A DNA stretch of 64,000 bases from Flavobacteriaceae bacterium (GTDB lineage: Bacteria; Bacteroidota; Bacteroidia; Flavobacteriales; Flavobacteriaceae): NCBI GenBank assembly GCA_027081505.1, contig JALWKK010000085.1, forward strand, positions 10,407 to 74,406. The letters are read 5' to 3'. Below the pieces are notes generated by a model, which was given only the letters and a program-made list of their open reading frames with translations, did no database searches and was not told the origin of the DNA. The position numbers were made by a program, and so were the translations under genes. Each line of letters begins with the position of its first letter. The stretch's first letter is position 1. Positions 51,166 through 61,164 of the stretch are shown piece after piece.

Positions 51166-51783
51166 ATGGAATATCTTTTTATCGGACTTATTATCGGGTT
51201 GCTCGTTGCCTATTTTGTTTTTACCAAATATGGAGATTTTCGTTTTAAAAGAAAATCTATGGCACAGGCTTCGATTTTAATTGAAAATATTAAGCGAGTA
51301 AGCAAACTCATTACCGTAGAAGCCGAATTTGCCGAAATCTATCATTATAAGTCCAACAAACACAAATGGTTAGAAAAATTAATCGGCACAAAAAAAGCCA
51401 TTTTACTAATCGATGCCAAAGCACACGTGGGTTTTGACTTGAACAAAATACAAATAGAAGCCCTTGAAAAAGAAAAAGTAATAAAAATCATACAATTTCC
51501 ACAGCCCGAAATACTTTCGATAGAAACCGATTTTAAATACTACGATAAAAAAGAAGGTTGGTTTAACCCGTTAACTTCAGAAGATTTAACACAAATAAAC
51601 CAAGAAGCAAAACAGTTTATATTCGATAAAATACCCGAAAGCGGCTTGTTGGAGGAAGCCTCGTCAAGAGCCTTAGAATCGTTACAATTATCTGAAAAAT
51701 TAGCCAAAGCCATAAACTGGGAGTTGGATTATTCGGCATTGGTTTTAAACCAAACTTCTACTACCCCAATTCAGAAATCGTGA
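51166..51783 (+). CDS. DUF4230 family protein
   Basis: N-terminal TM, KLITVE, GFDL, P.PEILS. Confidence 0.85.
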   Translation: MEYLFIGLIIGLLVAYFVFTKYGDFRFKRKSMAQASILIENIKRVSKLITVEAEFAEIYHYKSNKHKWLEKLIGTKKAILLIDAKAHVGFDLNKIQIEALEKEKVIKIIQFPQPEILSIETDFKYYDKKEGWFNPLTSEDLTQINQEAKQFIFDKIPESGLLEEASSRALESLQLSEKLAKAINWELDYSALVLNQTSTTPIQKS

Positions 51784-52718
51784 AATGTTTAACCCTTATT
51801 TTTGTTTTATTTATTAGCGGATTTTCCACTGGAATTTCTCAAAACAGCAATCGCGTAGAAACCATATTACAGCTTTATCCCGATTCTTTTAATTCACCTG
51901 AAGAATTAGCAAATTTCATCCGGCGTGATTTTAAAACCGAAGAAGAAAAAGTAAGGGCGGTTTACAGTTGGATTATTCAAAACGTTGCCTACAACTCGGA
52001 TGAATACAAAAAATTTGACTACAGTTTTAAAAATTTTAGAGAGCGCAATCAAAAAGAAGAAAAAACCCGTAAAAAAATTATTTCCAGGACTATAAAAAAA
52101 GGAGTAGCCGTGTGTGAAGGCTATGCTTTTTTGTTTGAAAAAGTTTGTAACTTGTTAGGAATAAGAAACTACTTGGTGCGAGGTGATACCAAATCAAATT
52201 TTTCAGATATTGGAAGAAAATTTTCAAAAAACCACTTGTGGAATATTGCTTACATCAATGGGAAGCCGTACTTATTTGATCCTACTTGGGGAGCCGGAAA
52301 ATTTTCGATAAAATTCATTAAAGACACTTCGTATTTTTATTACAAAACGCCACCCGAGCAACTTATAAAAACACATTACCCAAGTATGTTTGAAGATGCT
52401 TTGGTTGATTTTAAACTCACCAAAGAAGATTTTTCTTTACTTCCTTTAATTATTAATAAAAAAGTGCTTATTGAAGATATCATAGCTCCTAAAAAAGGAG
52501 TTCTTTTTACCGATGAATATTTGGGAGCTTTCCCTTTTGAGATACAAAATATAAACCCTGAAAAAGTATCGTATTCTTTCGATGCCGGACCAAAAAAAGA
52601 AGTAGATTTAAAAAGGGTTGGTAATACGCTAACGTTTTCAATCCCTATAGAACTAGGAACAAAAAATTTACTTATTTATTTTAATGACAAACCGGCTTTA
52701 GGTTATGTAATACAATAA
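51780..52718 (+). CDS. Transglutaminase-like domain protein
   Basis: VCEGYA, HLWN, DPTWGAG triad. Confidence 0.9.
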   Translation: MKCLTLIFVLFISGFSTGISQNSNRVETILQLYPDSFNSPEELANFIRRDFKTEEEKVRAVYSWIIQNVAYNSDEYKKFDYSFKNFRERNQKEEKTRKKIISRTIKKGVAVCEGYAFLFEKVCNLLGIRNYLVRGDTKSNFSDIGRKFSKNHLWNIAYINGKPYLFDPTWGAGKFSIKFIKDTSYFYYKTPPEQLIKTHYPSMFEDALVDFKLTKEDFSLLPLIINKKVLIEDIIAPKKGVLFTDEYLGAFPFEIQNINPEKVSYSFDAGPKKEVDLKRVGNTLTFSIPIELGTKNLLIYFNDKPALGYVIQ

Positions 52719-52728
52719 AATTTGTACG

Positions 52729-53085
52729 ATGAACATAGAAGAATTTAGAAATTACTGCATTGCAAAAAAAGGCGTAACCGAAAGTTTTCCGTTTAACGAA
52801 GACACATTGGTTTTTAAAGTAATGGGAAAAATGTTTGCACTCACCGGATTAGAACACCAACCGGCAAAAGTAAATTTAAAATGCGACCCGGAACGCTCAA
52901 TAAAACTACGTGAAGAATACGACGGATTAATTTATGGAGCCTATCACATGAACAAAACCCATTGGAATACACTTGAGACAGAACACTTACCCATAGATTT
53001 GGTTGCAGAACTTATCGATCATTCATATGATTTAGTAGTTGCCAAATTGCCTAAGAAAACACGGTTGGAATTAGAGAAATTATAA
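52729..53085 (+). CDS. MmcQ/YjbR family protein
   Basis: FKVMGKMFA, NLKCDP, YHMNKTHW. Confidence 0.93.
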   Translation: MNIEEFRNYCIAKKGVTESFPFNEDTLVFKVMGKMFALTGLEHQPAKVNLKCDPERSIKLREEYDGLIYGAYHMNKTHWNTLETEHLPIDLVAELIDHSYDLVVAKLPKKTRLELEKL

Positions 53086-53090
53086 AAAAT

Positions 53091-53522
53091 TTACCCACAA
53101 CTCATATCGGCAACTATTTTCCAGTTGCCGTTTATTTTTTTAAAAATAATTAGAAAAACCCCGTTGGCATCACCTGCTTTTCGTTTTAAAAAATAGTCGC
53201 CCATTACCCAATAACTACCATCTTGTATGGGAGAAATATCATGAATTTTAAAAGTTAATGTACCACTATCAGCTTTAGTCGGATATCCTTTTTTATATTT
53301 ATCAAGCGTTTGTTGCCAACCTTTTGTAAGTCCGTTTTTGCCAAAAAACTTTAGGCTGTCGTTTTTCCAATAACCATTCATAAAACCTTCTAAGTCGTTA
53401 TTAGACCAAGCTTTTTCTTGTGCCTTTAAAACACTTAAAATGTCTTGTTTGTCTTTTTTTATGTTTGTAGAAGAGGAACAAGAAACAAAGAGTAAAAATA
53501 AAAGAAGTGAAAGATATTTCAT
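53091..53522 (-). CDS. DUF4440/NTF2-like lipoprotein
   Basis: AW..DLEGFM.GYW, WKIVAD. Confidence 0.85.
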   Translation of the reverse strand: MKYLSLLLFLLFVSCSSSTNIKKDKQDILSVLKAQEKAWSNNDLEGFMNGYWKNDSLKFFGKNGLTKGWQQTLDKYKKGYPTKADSGTLTFKIHDISPIQDGSYWVMGDYFLKRKAGDANGVFLIIFKKINGNWKIVADMSCG

Positions 53523-53735
53523 CTGTTTAAAAATTTGTAATTATTTGATATCAAAGACAATTCCAAGTTTTAAACATCCGGAACCACTTCGTTTTCATAT
53601 AAACTTATTTTAATCATCCACAGTAAGATATGCTTAAAAAAGTTTATGCTCATTTCATGTCAATAAATTTTTACTAAATTAATCAAAAAATAATTAGCTT
53701 ATTTTGTAATTTTAAAGTTTAAAAACAACAACGGA

Positions 53736-54392
53736 ATGACAACTAAAATACAATTAAACCAATACATAGACCACACGCTTTTAAAACCCACAGCAACACC
53801 AAAAGAGATCGCAGATTTATGTTTTGAAGCCGTTAAAAATGATTTTTACGCTGTTTGCGTAAATGGGTGTTATGTAGCATTAGCTCGTTCGATAGTGAAA
53901 GACAGTGATGTAAAAGTAGCCTCGGTAATGGGATTTCCGTTGGGAGCAAACACTACCGAAACCAAAATTTATGAAGCGGTAAATGCGATAGATTACGGAG
54001 CTTCCGAAATTGATATGGTACTTAACATCGGGTTGTTAAAAGCCGGAGAGTTTACTCGCGTAGAAAATGAAATACTCGAAATAAAAGAAGCAATAAACAA
54101 TACCGTTTTAAAAGTTATTTTGGAAACGTGTTTTCTTACTCCCGAAGAAATTGTAAAAGCGTCTAAACTGGCAATGAATGCCGGCGCCGATTTTATTAAA
54201 ACTTCAACAGGATTTGGAACGGGAGGAGCAACGATAGAAGCAGTAAAACTAATGAAAGAAACCGTAGGTAATAAAGTAAAAATTAAAGCATCCGGAGGAA
54301 TTCGCGATACGCAAACAGCATTGGAGTACATACATCTGGGTGTTGATAGAATCGGAACCTCATCCGGGATTGCAATTGTTAACGGAAATTAA
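53736..54392 (+). CDS. deoC: Deoxyribose-phosphate aldolase
   Basis: IDHTLL, GFPLG, EIDMV, FIKTSTG, KASGG. Confidence 0.98.
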   Translation: MTTKIQLNQYIDHTLLKPTATPKEIADLCFEAVKNDFYAVCVNGCYVALARSIVKDSDVKVASVMGFPLGANTTETKIYEAVNAIDYGASEIDMVLNIGLLKAGEFTRVENEILEIKEAINNTVLKVILETCFLTPEEIVKASKLAMNAGADFIKTSTGFGTGGATIEAVKLMKETVGNKVKIKASGGIRDTQTALEYIHLGVDRIGTSSGIAIVNGN

Positions 54393-54552
54393 ACCATTTC
54401 GTTTTTATACGAATAATGCGGGTAAAATTGGTTTAAAAGATGCTAAGTGTCTTTAAAAACGTGTAAACAGAGTATATTCATTTCTTAATAAAAAAAATAA
54501 TGCTCTTATTGCGTTCAATTTTGCTACATTTGTGTAGCTAACTAAAACAAAT

Positions 54553-55125
54553 GTGGCACACGCAGACCAAAAATACATAGAGGCACTTTTGCAAAATAAT
54601 CATCTGTTAATCAGCGAGATTTATTCTCGTTTTGCTCCTAAGGTGGTTTCTTTTGTCTGTAAAAACAACGGAAGCGAGCCTGAAGCCAGAGATTTAATTC
54701 AGGAAGTGTTACTTATTATATATGACCAAGCAAAAACCAAAAACCTACAACTTACTTGTCCGTTTGATGCGTACTTTTTTTTAATATGTAAACGAAAATG
54801 GTATAGTATTTTACAAAAAAAATATAGAAACAGGGTAACAGAAGAACCCGTAACGGGATTTATAGCCGAAAGCGTAGAAGAACAAGTTGAAGAAACCGCA
54901 CTTTTTGAAGAAAAAAACAAATTATTTGAAACGGTTTTTGAAAAATTAGGCAATGCATGTAAAGAACTACTAAAACTTACTTTTTCTATCTCGTCAATGG
55001 AAGAAGTTGCAAAAAAAATGGGTGTTAGCTACGGTTACGCCCGAAAGAAAAAATCGCTTTGTATTGCACAGTTAACCAAATGGGTAAGAGAGTCTTCGGC
55101 GTATAACCAACTAAAAAACCATTAA
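54553..55125 (+). CDS. ECF-type RNA polymerase sigma factor
   Basis: DLIQE region 2, region 4 HTH; TACATTTG upstream. Confidence 0.85.
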   Translation: MAHADQKYIEALLQNNHLLISEIYSRFAPKVVSFVCKNNGSEPEARDLIQEVLLIIYDQAKTKNLQLTCPFDAYFFLICKRKWYSILQKKYRNRVTEEPVTGFIAESVEEQVEETALFEEKNKLFETVFEKLGNACKELLKLTFSISSMEEVAKKMGVSYGYARKKKSLCIAQLTKWVRESSAYNQLKNH

Positions 55126-55137
55126 ATTATCCCCAAA

Positions 55138-55860
55138 ATGGAAGAAAAAAATGCTTTATTATTTGAGGATTACCTTCAAAAAAAACTTTCTGAAGATGAA
55201 CGCATTGCTTTTGAAAAAAAATTAAAAGAAGACGCCGTTCTTAACGAAGCGTTTTTAAATTACAAGCAACTATCAATTTTCTTAAAAAATAAATTCTCAA
55301 AAGAGCGAGCCGCTCTACAAAAAACGTTATCTCAAACAGGAGAAGATTATTTTTCTTCCCAAAAACAAAAAGTTTTTCGGTTAAAACCATGGCACTATAG
55401 TATTGCAGCTTCTGTTTTATTACTTTTTGGCGTGTTTTTATATATGCAGAACAATCGTTTTTCTTATAATGATTATGCTTTTTCTCAAACCATTACATTG
55501 GTAGAAAGGAGCAATGACATGAAAGTTTATAAAAATGCCGAAACAGCATTTAATACTAAAAACTATAAAGAAGCTATTCGTTATTTTAATCAAATTTTAA
55601 AAATCGAGCCTACTAATTTCGAAATTTTATTTTACAAAGGTATCGCATTAGTTGAAACCGATAGCTTTACGGCAGCCGAGTTAGTTTTTACCAAACTTCA
55701 AGAAACCAACAGCATTTATAAAAATAAAGCACTATTTTACTTGGGGTTAAGCAAATTAAAACAAAAAGATTATAAAGGCGGGAAAGCAATTCTTAGTACA
55801 ATTCCTGCATCGGCAGCAGAATATAAAAAAGCACAAGAAATCTTAAAAAAAATAGACTAA
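55138..55860 (+). CDS. Membrane-anchored TPR protein, probable anti-sigma factor
   Basis: N-terminal helical domain, SIAAS TM, TPRs; follows ECF sigma. Confidence 0.8.
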   Translation: MEEKNALLFEDYLQKKLSEDERIAFEKKLKEDAVLNEAFLNYKQLSIFLKNKFSKERAALQKTLSQTGEDYFSSQKQKVFRLKPWHYSIAASVLLLFGVFLYMQNNRFSYNDYAFSQTITLVERSNDMKVYKNAETAFNTKNYKEAIRYFNQILKIEPTNFEILFYKGIALVETDSFTAAELVFTKLQETNSIYKNKALFYLGLSKLKQKDYKGGKAILSTIPASAAEYKKAQEILKKID

Positions 55861-56041
55861 ACCCGTATTATTCATATAATAACGGAGTAAATTATATGAA
55901 AATATGCCATAGATAAAGGGGAAAATGCGGGAAACCTCGACTTAGAAATGCCCCAAATTTAGGTGTTTTCAAAACACACAAGTTTGTTGGTAAGGCAAAA
56001 CTTAGTCGATTAAAAATTGCGTAATTTTTTCGGATAAACGG

Positions 56042-56737
56042 TTATTGTCCCGGAAATAAATACGTAATAGTTCCCAGTTGAGCGGTTTTACTTGAAGCGG
56101 TAAAGAAAGATTGCTTGGCATATTGTATAGCACTGTCGTACAAACACTCATTAGTGGTAGTAGATCCGGCTTTGTTAATGGATGCTTCTACAACTCTGCC
56201 TGTAGCGTTTACCGTAATGTTAACTACAACTTTTCCATAGGAGTCGCAAGTATAAACCGGATTGGGTAATAAACGAGCTTTTCGGTTTACCAAACGGTAA
56301 GAAATAGTAGTGTTTCCGGCAATATTTTTATCTTTTTCCTTTTTTTTACGGTCTGTATTGCTTTTGTTTTGTAGAATTTCCTTCAACTTTTTTTTAGACT
56401 CCGAGAGCGACGTGTTTTCTGAAAAACCTTCGGATAAAGTTGTAGCAATTTCATTTAATTTTTCTTCAGATTGCTCTTCAAATTCAGCATTTTCAGCTTC
56501 CACATTTTTAATAAATTCTTCGGCTTCGTTATAGGCTCTGTGTGTTGAAACGGCTACTTTTTTTTGTTTGATTGTCGGTTGCTCTTCTGCGGGGAGTGTT
56601 TCTGTATATTCCACTTCATAACTTTGTTCTTTTTTGGCAGAAAATCCGCCTATTTTTATAACATACATTAGTAGCAGTAGGTTACCAATAATGAGTACCG
56701 AGAACAAAAATGCCTTGTATGAATAATTAATTTTCAC
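56042..56737 (-). CDS. TonB-like energy transducer family protein
   Basis: N-terminal TM, charged linker, GKVVVNITVN..G.V, GTITY.F. Confidence 0.7.
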   Translation of the reverse strand: MKINYSYKAFLFSVLIIGNLLLLMYVIKIGGFSAKKEQSYEVEYTETLPAEEQPTIKQKKVAVSTHRAYNEAEEFIKNVEAENAEFEEQSEEKLNEIATTLSEGFSENTSLSESKKKLKEILQNKSNTDRKKKEKDKNIAGNTTISYRLVNRKARLLPNPVYTCDSYGKVVVNITVNATGRVVEASINKAGSTTTNECLYDSAIQYAKQSFFTASSKTAQLGTITYLFPGQ

Positions 56738-57450
56738 ATGTCAAAGGTAAATAACTTTTCAAAATGGGTAATAGATTGAGCGTTTTTAACGGTAAAATCG
56801 CCTATTTTGGTTCTTCGCAATGCCGAAAGATGTGCGCCGTTTTGCAGTGCTTTTCCAAAATCGTGTGCCAAAGAACGAATGTAGGTTCCTTTACTGCAAA
56901 CTACTCTAAAAGTAATATGTGGCATTTCTATTTTGGTGATTTCAAACTCCTTAATAGTTACGGTACGAGTTGGGATTTCAACAGTTTCTCCTGCTCGGGC
57001 AAATTCGTACAAACGTTTTCCGTCTTTTTTTAAAGCCGAAAAAACCGGAGGTTGTTGTTGAATTTTACCAATGAACTTTTGGGCAGTTTCAACTATTTGC
57101 TTTTCTGTAAGTTGTGAAGTGTCAAATGTTTGGTTGATTTCGGTTTCCAAATCGTAACTAAGTGTGGTGGCTCCCAGCGTAATGATCCCTGTATATTCTT
57201 TTTCTTGGGCTTGATAATGTTCGATTTTCTTGGTAAATTTTCCGGTACAAAGAATCAACAATCCGGTTGCCAGAGGGTCTAATGTTCCGGCGTGTCCTAC
57301 TTTTATTTTCTTAATTTTATACTGCTTTTTTAAAAGCCGGCGTATTTTGTTTACTACCTGAAAGGATGTCCAATGCAAGGGTTTGTCGATTAATAATACT
57401 TGCCCTGTTTGGTAGGCTTCAAGTGGTAACGGTGTGCTGTTGTTATTCAT
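56734..57450 (-). CDS. truB: tRNA pseudouridine(55) synthase
   Basis: KVGHAGTLDPLATG, PPVFSA, CSKGTYIRSL. Confidence 0.98.
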   Translation of the reverse strand: MNNNSTPLPLEAYQTGQVLLIDKPLHWTSFQVVNKIRRLLKKQYKIKKIKVGHAGTLDPLATGLLILCTGKFTKKIEHYQAQEKEYTGIITLGATTLSYDLETEINQTFDTSQLTEKQIVETAQKFIGKIQQQPPVFSALKKDGKRLYEFARAGETVEIPTRTVTIKEFEITKIEMPHITFRVVCSKGTYIRSLAHDFGKALQNGAHLSALRRTKIGDFTVKNAQSITHFEKLFTFDM

Positions 57451-57455
57451 TTTGT

Positions 57456-58265
57456 TTAAACCGTTAATCGATATACAAAAAAGTGAATAAGTAGTAAAAC
57501 GATGCCTAAAAAGATTCGGTAATAGCCAAAAAGCTTAAACCCTTTTTTGCTTAGGTAGTCAATAAAGCCCTTAATGGCAATCATCGCTACTACAAAAGCG
57601 ATGATGTTTCCAAGAATAAGATAGTTTATTTGTTCTTGAGAGAGTTCAAAACCGGCTTTGTAATAATCATACGATTTTTTTGCAGTTGCACCCAGCATAG
57701 TAGGAACCGCAAGAAAGAAAGAAAACTCGGCAGCGGTTTTCCGGTTGAGGTTTTGGGTAAGACCTCCTACGATGGTGGCTCCGCTTCTGGAGGTTCCGGG
57801 AATCATTGCCAAGCATTGAAACAAACCTATTTTAAAAGCAGTAGCATAACTAATTTGAGTGTGCTTATTAGGGTTTTTAGCGTCTGTTTCTTCATTTTTT
57901 TGAAACCAAGTGTCAACTTTTAGTAAAATAATTCCGCCCAGAATAAGCATCACGGCGACTACAATAGGGTTTTCTAACAAACTGTCGATAAAATCGTTTA
58001 ATAAGAGTCCCAAAACCACTGCCGGAATAAATGCCACAAACAGTTTGTAGTAAAAATCGAGACTTTGAAAAAATCGTTTCCAATACAGTATCACAACAGC
58101 AAGAATAGCTCCTAATTGAATAACAATGGTAAAGAGTTTGGTAAAATCGTCTTCGGCTATTTTCATAAACGAAGAAGCAATTATCATATGTCCGGTTGAG
58201 GAAATGGGTAAATATTCGGTTACTCCTTCAATGATTGCTAGAAGTAGGGTGTACCAATAATTCAT
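57456..58265 (-). CDS. uppP: Undecaprenyl-diphosphate phosphatase
   Basis: [24 protein letters not shown]. Confidence 0.97.
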   Translation of the reverse strand: MNYWYTLLLAIIEGVTEYLPISSTGHMIIASSFMKIAEDDFTKLFTIVIQLGAILAVVILYWKRFFQSLDFYYKLFVAFIPAVVLGLLLNDFIDSLLENPIVVAVMLILGGIILLKVDTWFQKNEETDAKNPNKHTQISYATAFKIGLFQCLAMIPGTSRSGATIVGGLTQNLNRKTAAEFSFFLAVPTMLGATAKKSYDYYKAGFELSQEQINYLILGNIIAFVVAMIAIKGFIDYLSKKGFKLFGYYRIFLGIVLLLIHFFVYRLTV

Positions 58266-58272
58266 TTATTGT

Positions 58273-58530
58273 TTATTTTTTCGGATTTAGCAAAATGGCG
58301 TAAACTTCGATTCCAAAACCTATTAAGATAATAGCCGGTGCCAACCGGATGCGTCTCCAGCTGTATATTTCCGGATTAAACACATTTGGGTCATCACTTC
58401 CGCCACCTGCCATTAGGATAAAGCCCAATGCGATAAAGGCTATACCCAAAAGCATAAATTGGTAATTTTTTTTTCCGAAGATAAGTTCGGTTTGAGCTTT
58501 TTGTTGTTCTTTACGTTTTTTTTCACCCAT
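58273..58530 (-). CDS. DUF3098 family protein
   Basis: FGKKNY, GGGSDDP, RRIRLAP. Confidence 0.9.
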   Translation of the reverse strand: MGEKKRKEQQKAQTELIFGKKNYQFMLLGIAFIALGFILMAGGGSDDPNVFNPEIYSWRRIRLAPAIILIGFGIEVYAILLNPKK

Positions 58531-58565
58531 AATCACAGCTTTTTAGAGATACAAAGATATGCGAA

Positions 58566-59360
58566 TTATTTTTTTGCTATCCAGATATCTTGAGGAAACC
58601 AGTTTTTTGTTGGTTTTCGTACTATATGTTCTACTATATTCAGGTTTGTAAACAAGTGTTTCATAAATTCGGTTGGGTGAAATGCGGAAAAAGTTCGATG
58701 CCCTTCTTTAACGTTTCCGCGTACTACAATTTCTCCTTTTTGGTATTTCTTTAATTCGGATTCGATTAGCAAACGAGTAAAGTTTTTTCCTTGAGTGGTA
58801 AGTAAAATAATGCCTCCGGGTTTTAAAATTCTGGTTAATTCATTTATCCATTCGTAGTGCATTTTTTCAGATAGATGGGTAAGTACCGATAAGCCGTATA
58901 TTATATCAAAAAAGTTATCGTTGTAGGGTAGCTGGGCTTGTAATGTGTTGTGGTTAAAGTGTATACCTGGTAAATTGTTTGTACACCAATGTATGCTTTT
59001 TTTGTTGTAATCGGTTCCATAAAACTGGCAATTGTTATTTATTATTTTGGGCAAGTGTCGTATAATTCTAGCGGGACCACACCCCCAGTCTAAAATTTTT
59101 TTGTTTTTTAATTCGGTATGTTTTTTTAAAAGTTGTACTAACTCGTTAGCATTTGTATAACCGTTTTCGTAATAATTTTGATAACTCATCTGAAAAGATT
59201 CATAAATTAAATAATCCGGAGGGAGTTTTACATCGGGGTGTTTTTTTACAAAATCGTTATTGTTTTGTTTGTTTTTAAGTTGGTAGTAATAAAACCTAAT
59301 TTTGTCGCCAAAATAAAGAAGGCGTAATTTTCTTAAAAGTGTAGAAATGTATTTTTTCAT
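58566..59360 (-). CDS. Class I SAM-dependent methyltransferase
   Basis: ILDWGCG, SVLTHL, RILKPGG. Confidence 0.9.
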   Translation of the reverse strand: MKKYISTLLRKLRLLYFGDKIRFYYYQLKNKQNNNDFVKKHPDVKLPPDYLIYESFQMSYQNYYENGYTNANELVQLLKKHTELKNKKILDWGCGPARIIRHLPKIINNNCQFYGTDYNKKSIHWCTNNLPGIHFNHNTLQAQLPYNDNFFDIIYGLSVLTHLSEKMHYEWINELTRILKPGGIILLTTQGKNFTRLLIESELKKYQKGEIVVRGNVKEGHRTFSAFHPTEFMKHLFTNLNIVEHIVRKPTKNWFPQDIWIAKK

Positions 59361-59381
59361 TTGTTTAATAATAAAACCTGC

Positions 59382-60260
59382 TTAATAGTACAATTGGTCT
59401 GTTTTCAGGTTTAAAAACCGTTGGGTAGCAATATAAGTGCTTATTCCGGTAATAATAATTCCCATTAGTAAAATAAAAACAAATAATAAGACAAGCATTG
59501 TTAAATTGTCTAACAAATGGAGTTCTGCAAAATTTTTATTCAGAAAATACATTACACCGGTCATTCCCAGCATTGCGAGAAAAGCACCTATGAGTCCCAA
59601 CTTCATGCTTTGCCATATAAAGGGTTTTCTAATAAAACTTTTAGTTGCTCCTACCATTTGCATAGTTTTTATGGTAAATCGTTTGGCATATACAGAAAGT
59701 CTTATAGAGCTATTGATAAGCAAAACGGCAATGAATGTAAAAACAGCACTAATGATGAGTATCCAAAGGCTGATTTTTTTTACATTATCGTTAAGTAATG
59801 CTATCAAAGGCTTATCATACACCACTTCATCTACAAAGTTTTTAGAAGTAATTTCGGTTGTGATTTCTTCCAATTTTTCGGGTGATACAAAGTCGGCTTT
59901 TAGATACACATCTATACTGTTTTGTAAAGGATTATACCCGAGGAACTCCATAAAATTTTCGCCAATGTCTGCACTTAATTGTTCGGCGGCGTTTTCTTTG
60001 GGTACAAAAGTTGCCGATTTGGTGTACTCGGCGAGTGTTAGACTTTGCTTTAGTTGGGTTATTTCTACTTCTTTTGCCGTGTCTTTTAAATAAACGGTAA
60101 GTGCGATTTTCTCTTTAAAATGGTCGGCAATTTTCTTTGTGTTTAATACCAACATTCCCAGTAACCCCAATAAAAACAGTACTAAAGCAATGCTTAGCAC
60201 CACCGAAATATAAGAGGATATTAATCTGCGTTTTTGGTATTTTTCGAATGAGTTGGGCAT
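59382..60260 (-). CDS. ftsX: Cell division permease FtsX
   Basis: SIALVLFLLG, NPL, TMQMVGATKSFIRKPF. Confidence 0.95.
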   Translation of the reverse strand: MPNSFEKYQKRRLISSYISVVLSIALVLFLLGLLGMLVLNTKKIADHFKEKIALTVYLKDTAKEVEITQLKQSLTLAEYTKSATFVPKENAAEQLSADIGENFMEFLGYNPLQNSIDVYLKADFVSPEKLEEITTEITSKNFVDEVVYDKPLIALLNDNVKKISLWILIISAVFTFIAVLLINSSIRLSVYAKRFTIKTMQMVGATKSFIRKPFIWQSMKLGLIGAFLAMLGMTGVMYFLNKNFAELHLLDNLTMLVLLFVFILLMGIIITGISTYIATQRFLNLKTDQLYY

Positions 60261-60287
60261 ATGTTAAATTTATAGAGTGGAAAAATA

Positions 60288-61163
60288 TTAGATATAATTT
60301 TTAATGATTTGTTTTTTTGAGCTATCATCAAAAAGCGTTGGAATAATTGCTTCTTCTTTTTGCTTATTTTTTTTCTTATTTTTAATAAAATCCAGTCTTA
60401 GTTCTAAGGGAATTTGACCATTATTATTTAGTCGTTCCACTATCATTTGATAGTATTTTGGATGAATTTCACAACTAATATAGTTTCGTTCCAAGGTTTT
60501 TAAATGCACAATTTCAGAGCCACTGCCGCCAAAATGAATAAAAACGGTATCATTTGTTTTTGTACTGGCTTTAACTAATAACTCGAAGAGTTGAAGGGGA
60601 ATCTGACAAGAATGAAACGTTTTGTCTTTCGATACGTTTTTTACTAAATCGGCATAAATCCATGAATAAGGCATTCTTCCCTTATGTCCCATTTCTATTC
60701 TTTTTTTTATTCTTTTATCATTAGGATTTTGGTAGGGTTGGGCAACTTGATTTTTATAAAAAGTGTTATTTTTGGTTTTGGTTGCATGTAAAATACTTCT
60801 GTGAGCGGTAGTAAATTTTCTTGGACTATGTCCAACGTTAGAGTTATACACCCAAACATATTCGAATACATCGTGAGCCGCTTTATCAAGATATTTAACC
60901 CATAAATAAGCATTTTGTTTCGGGTAATTAATTGTAAATAAATTGCCGTTGGGCTTTAAAACTCGCATACTTTCACTAATAAGCTCTATATACCAATCTA
61001 TGTATTCGTTCCATTTTTTTGTATAGTTTTTACCGGAATAATTTATTCCGACATTATAATCCGGATCGCTATAAATCATATCTACAGAATTATCCGGCAG
61101 TTGTTTTAATATTTTTAATACGTCGGCATTAAAAATTTTATTTTTAAAATTCTTTAGCAACAT
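60288..61163 (-). CDS. Beta-class amino (m6A/m4C) DNA methyltransferase
   Basis: Motif IV SDPDY before motif I HFGGSGS; RVLKPNG, HSCQIP. Confidence 0.85.
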   Translation of the reverse strand: MLLKNFKNKIFNADVLKILKQLPDNSVDMIYSDPDYNVGINYSGKNYTKKWNEYIDWYIELISESMRVLKPNGNLFTINYPKQNAYLWVKYLDKAAHDVFEYVWVYNSNVGHSPRKFTTAHRSILHATKTKNNTFYKNQVAQPYQNPNDKRIKKRIEMGHKGRMPYSWIYADLVKNVSKDKTFHSCQIPLQLFELLVKASTKTNDTVFIHFGGSGSEIVHLKTLERNYISCEIHPKYYQMIVERLNNNGQIPLELRLDFIKNKKKNKQKEEAIIPTLFDDSSKKQIIKNYI

Positions 61164-61164
61164 T

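Noticed and set aside
55930-56015. Weak inverted repeat TCGACTTAG...CTTAGTCGA between convergent genes
   Set aside because: Short, imperfect and single-copy in the window; insufficient support
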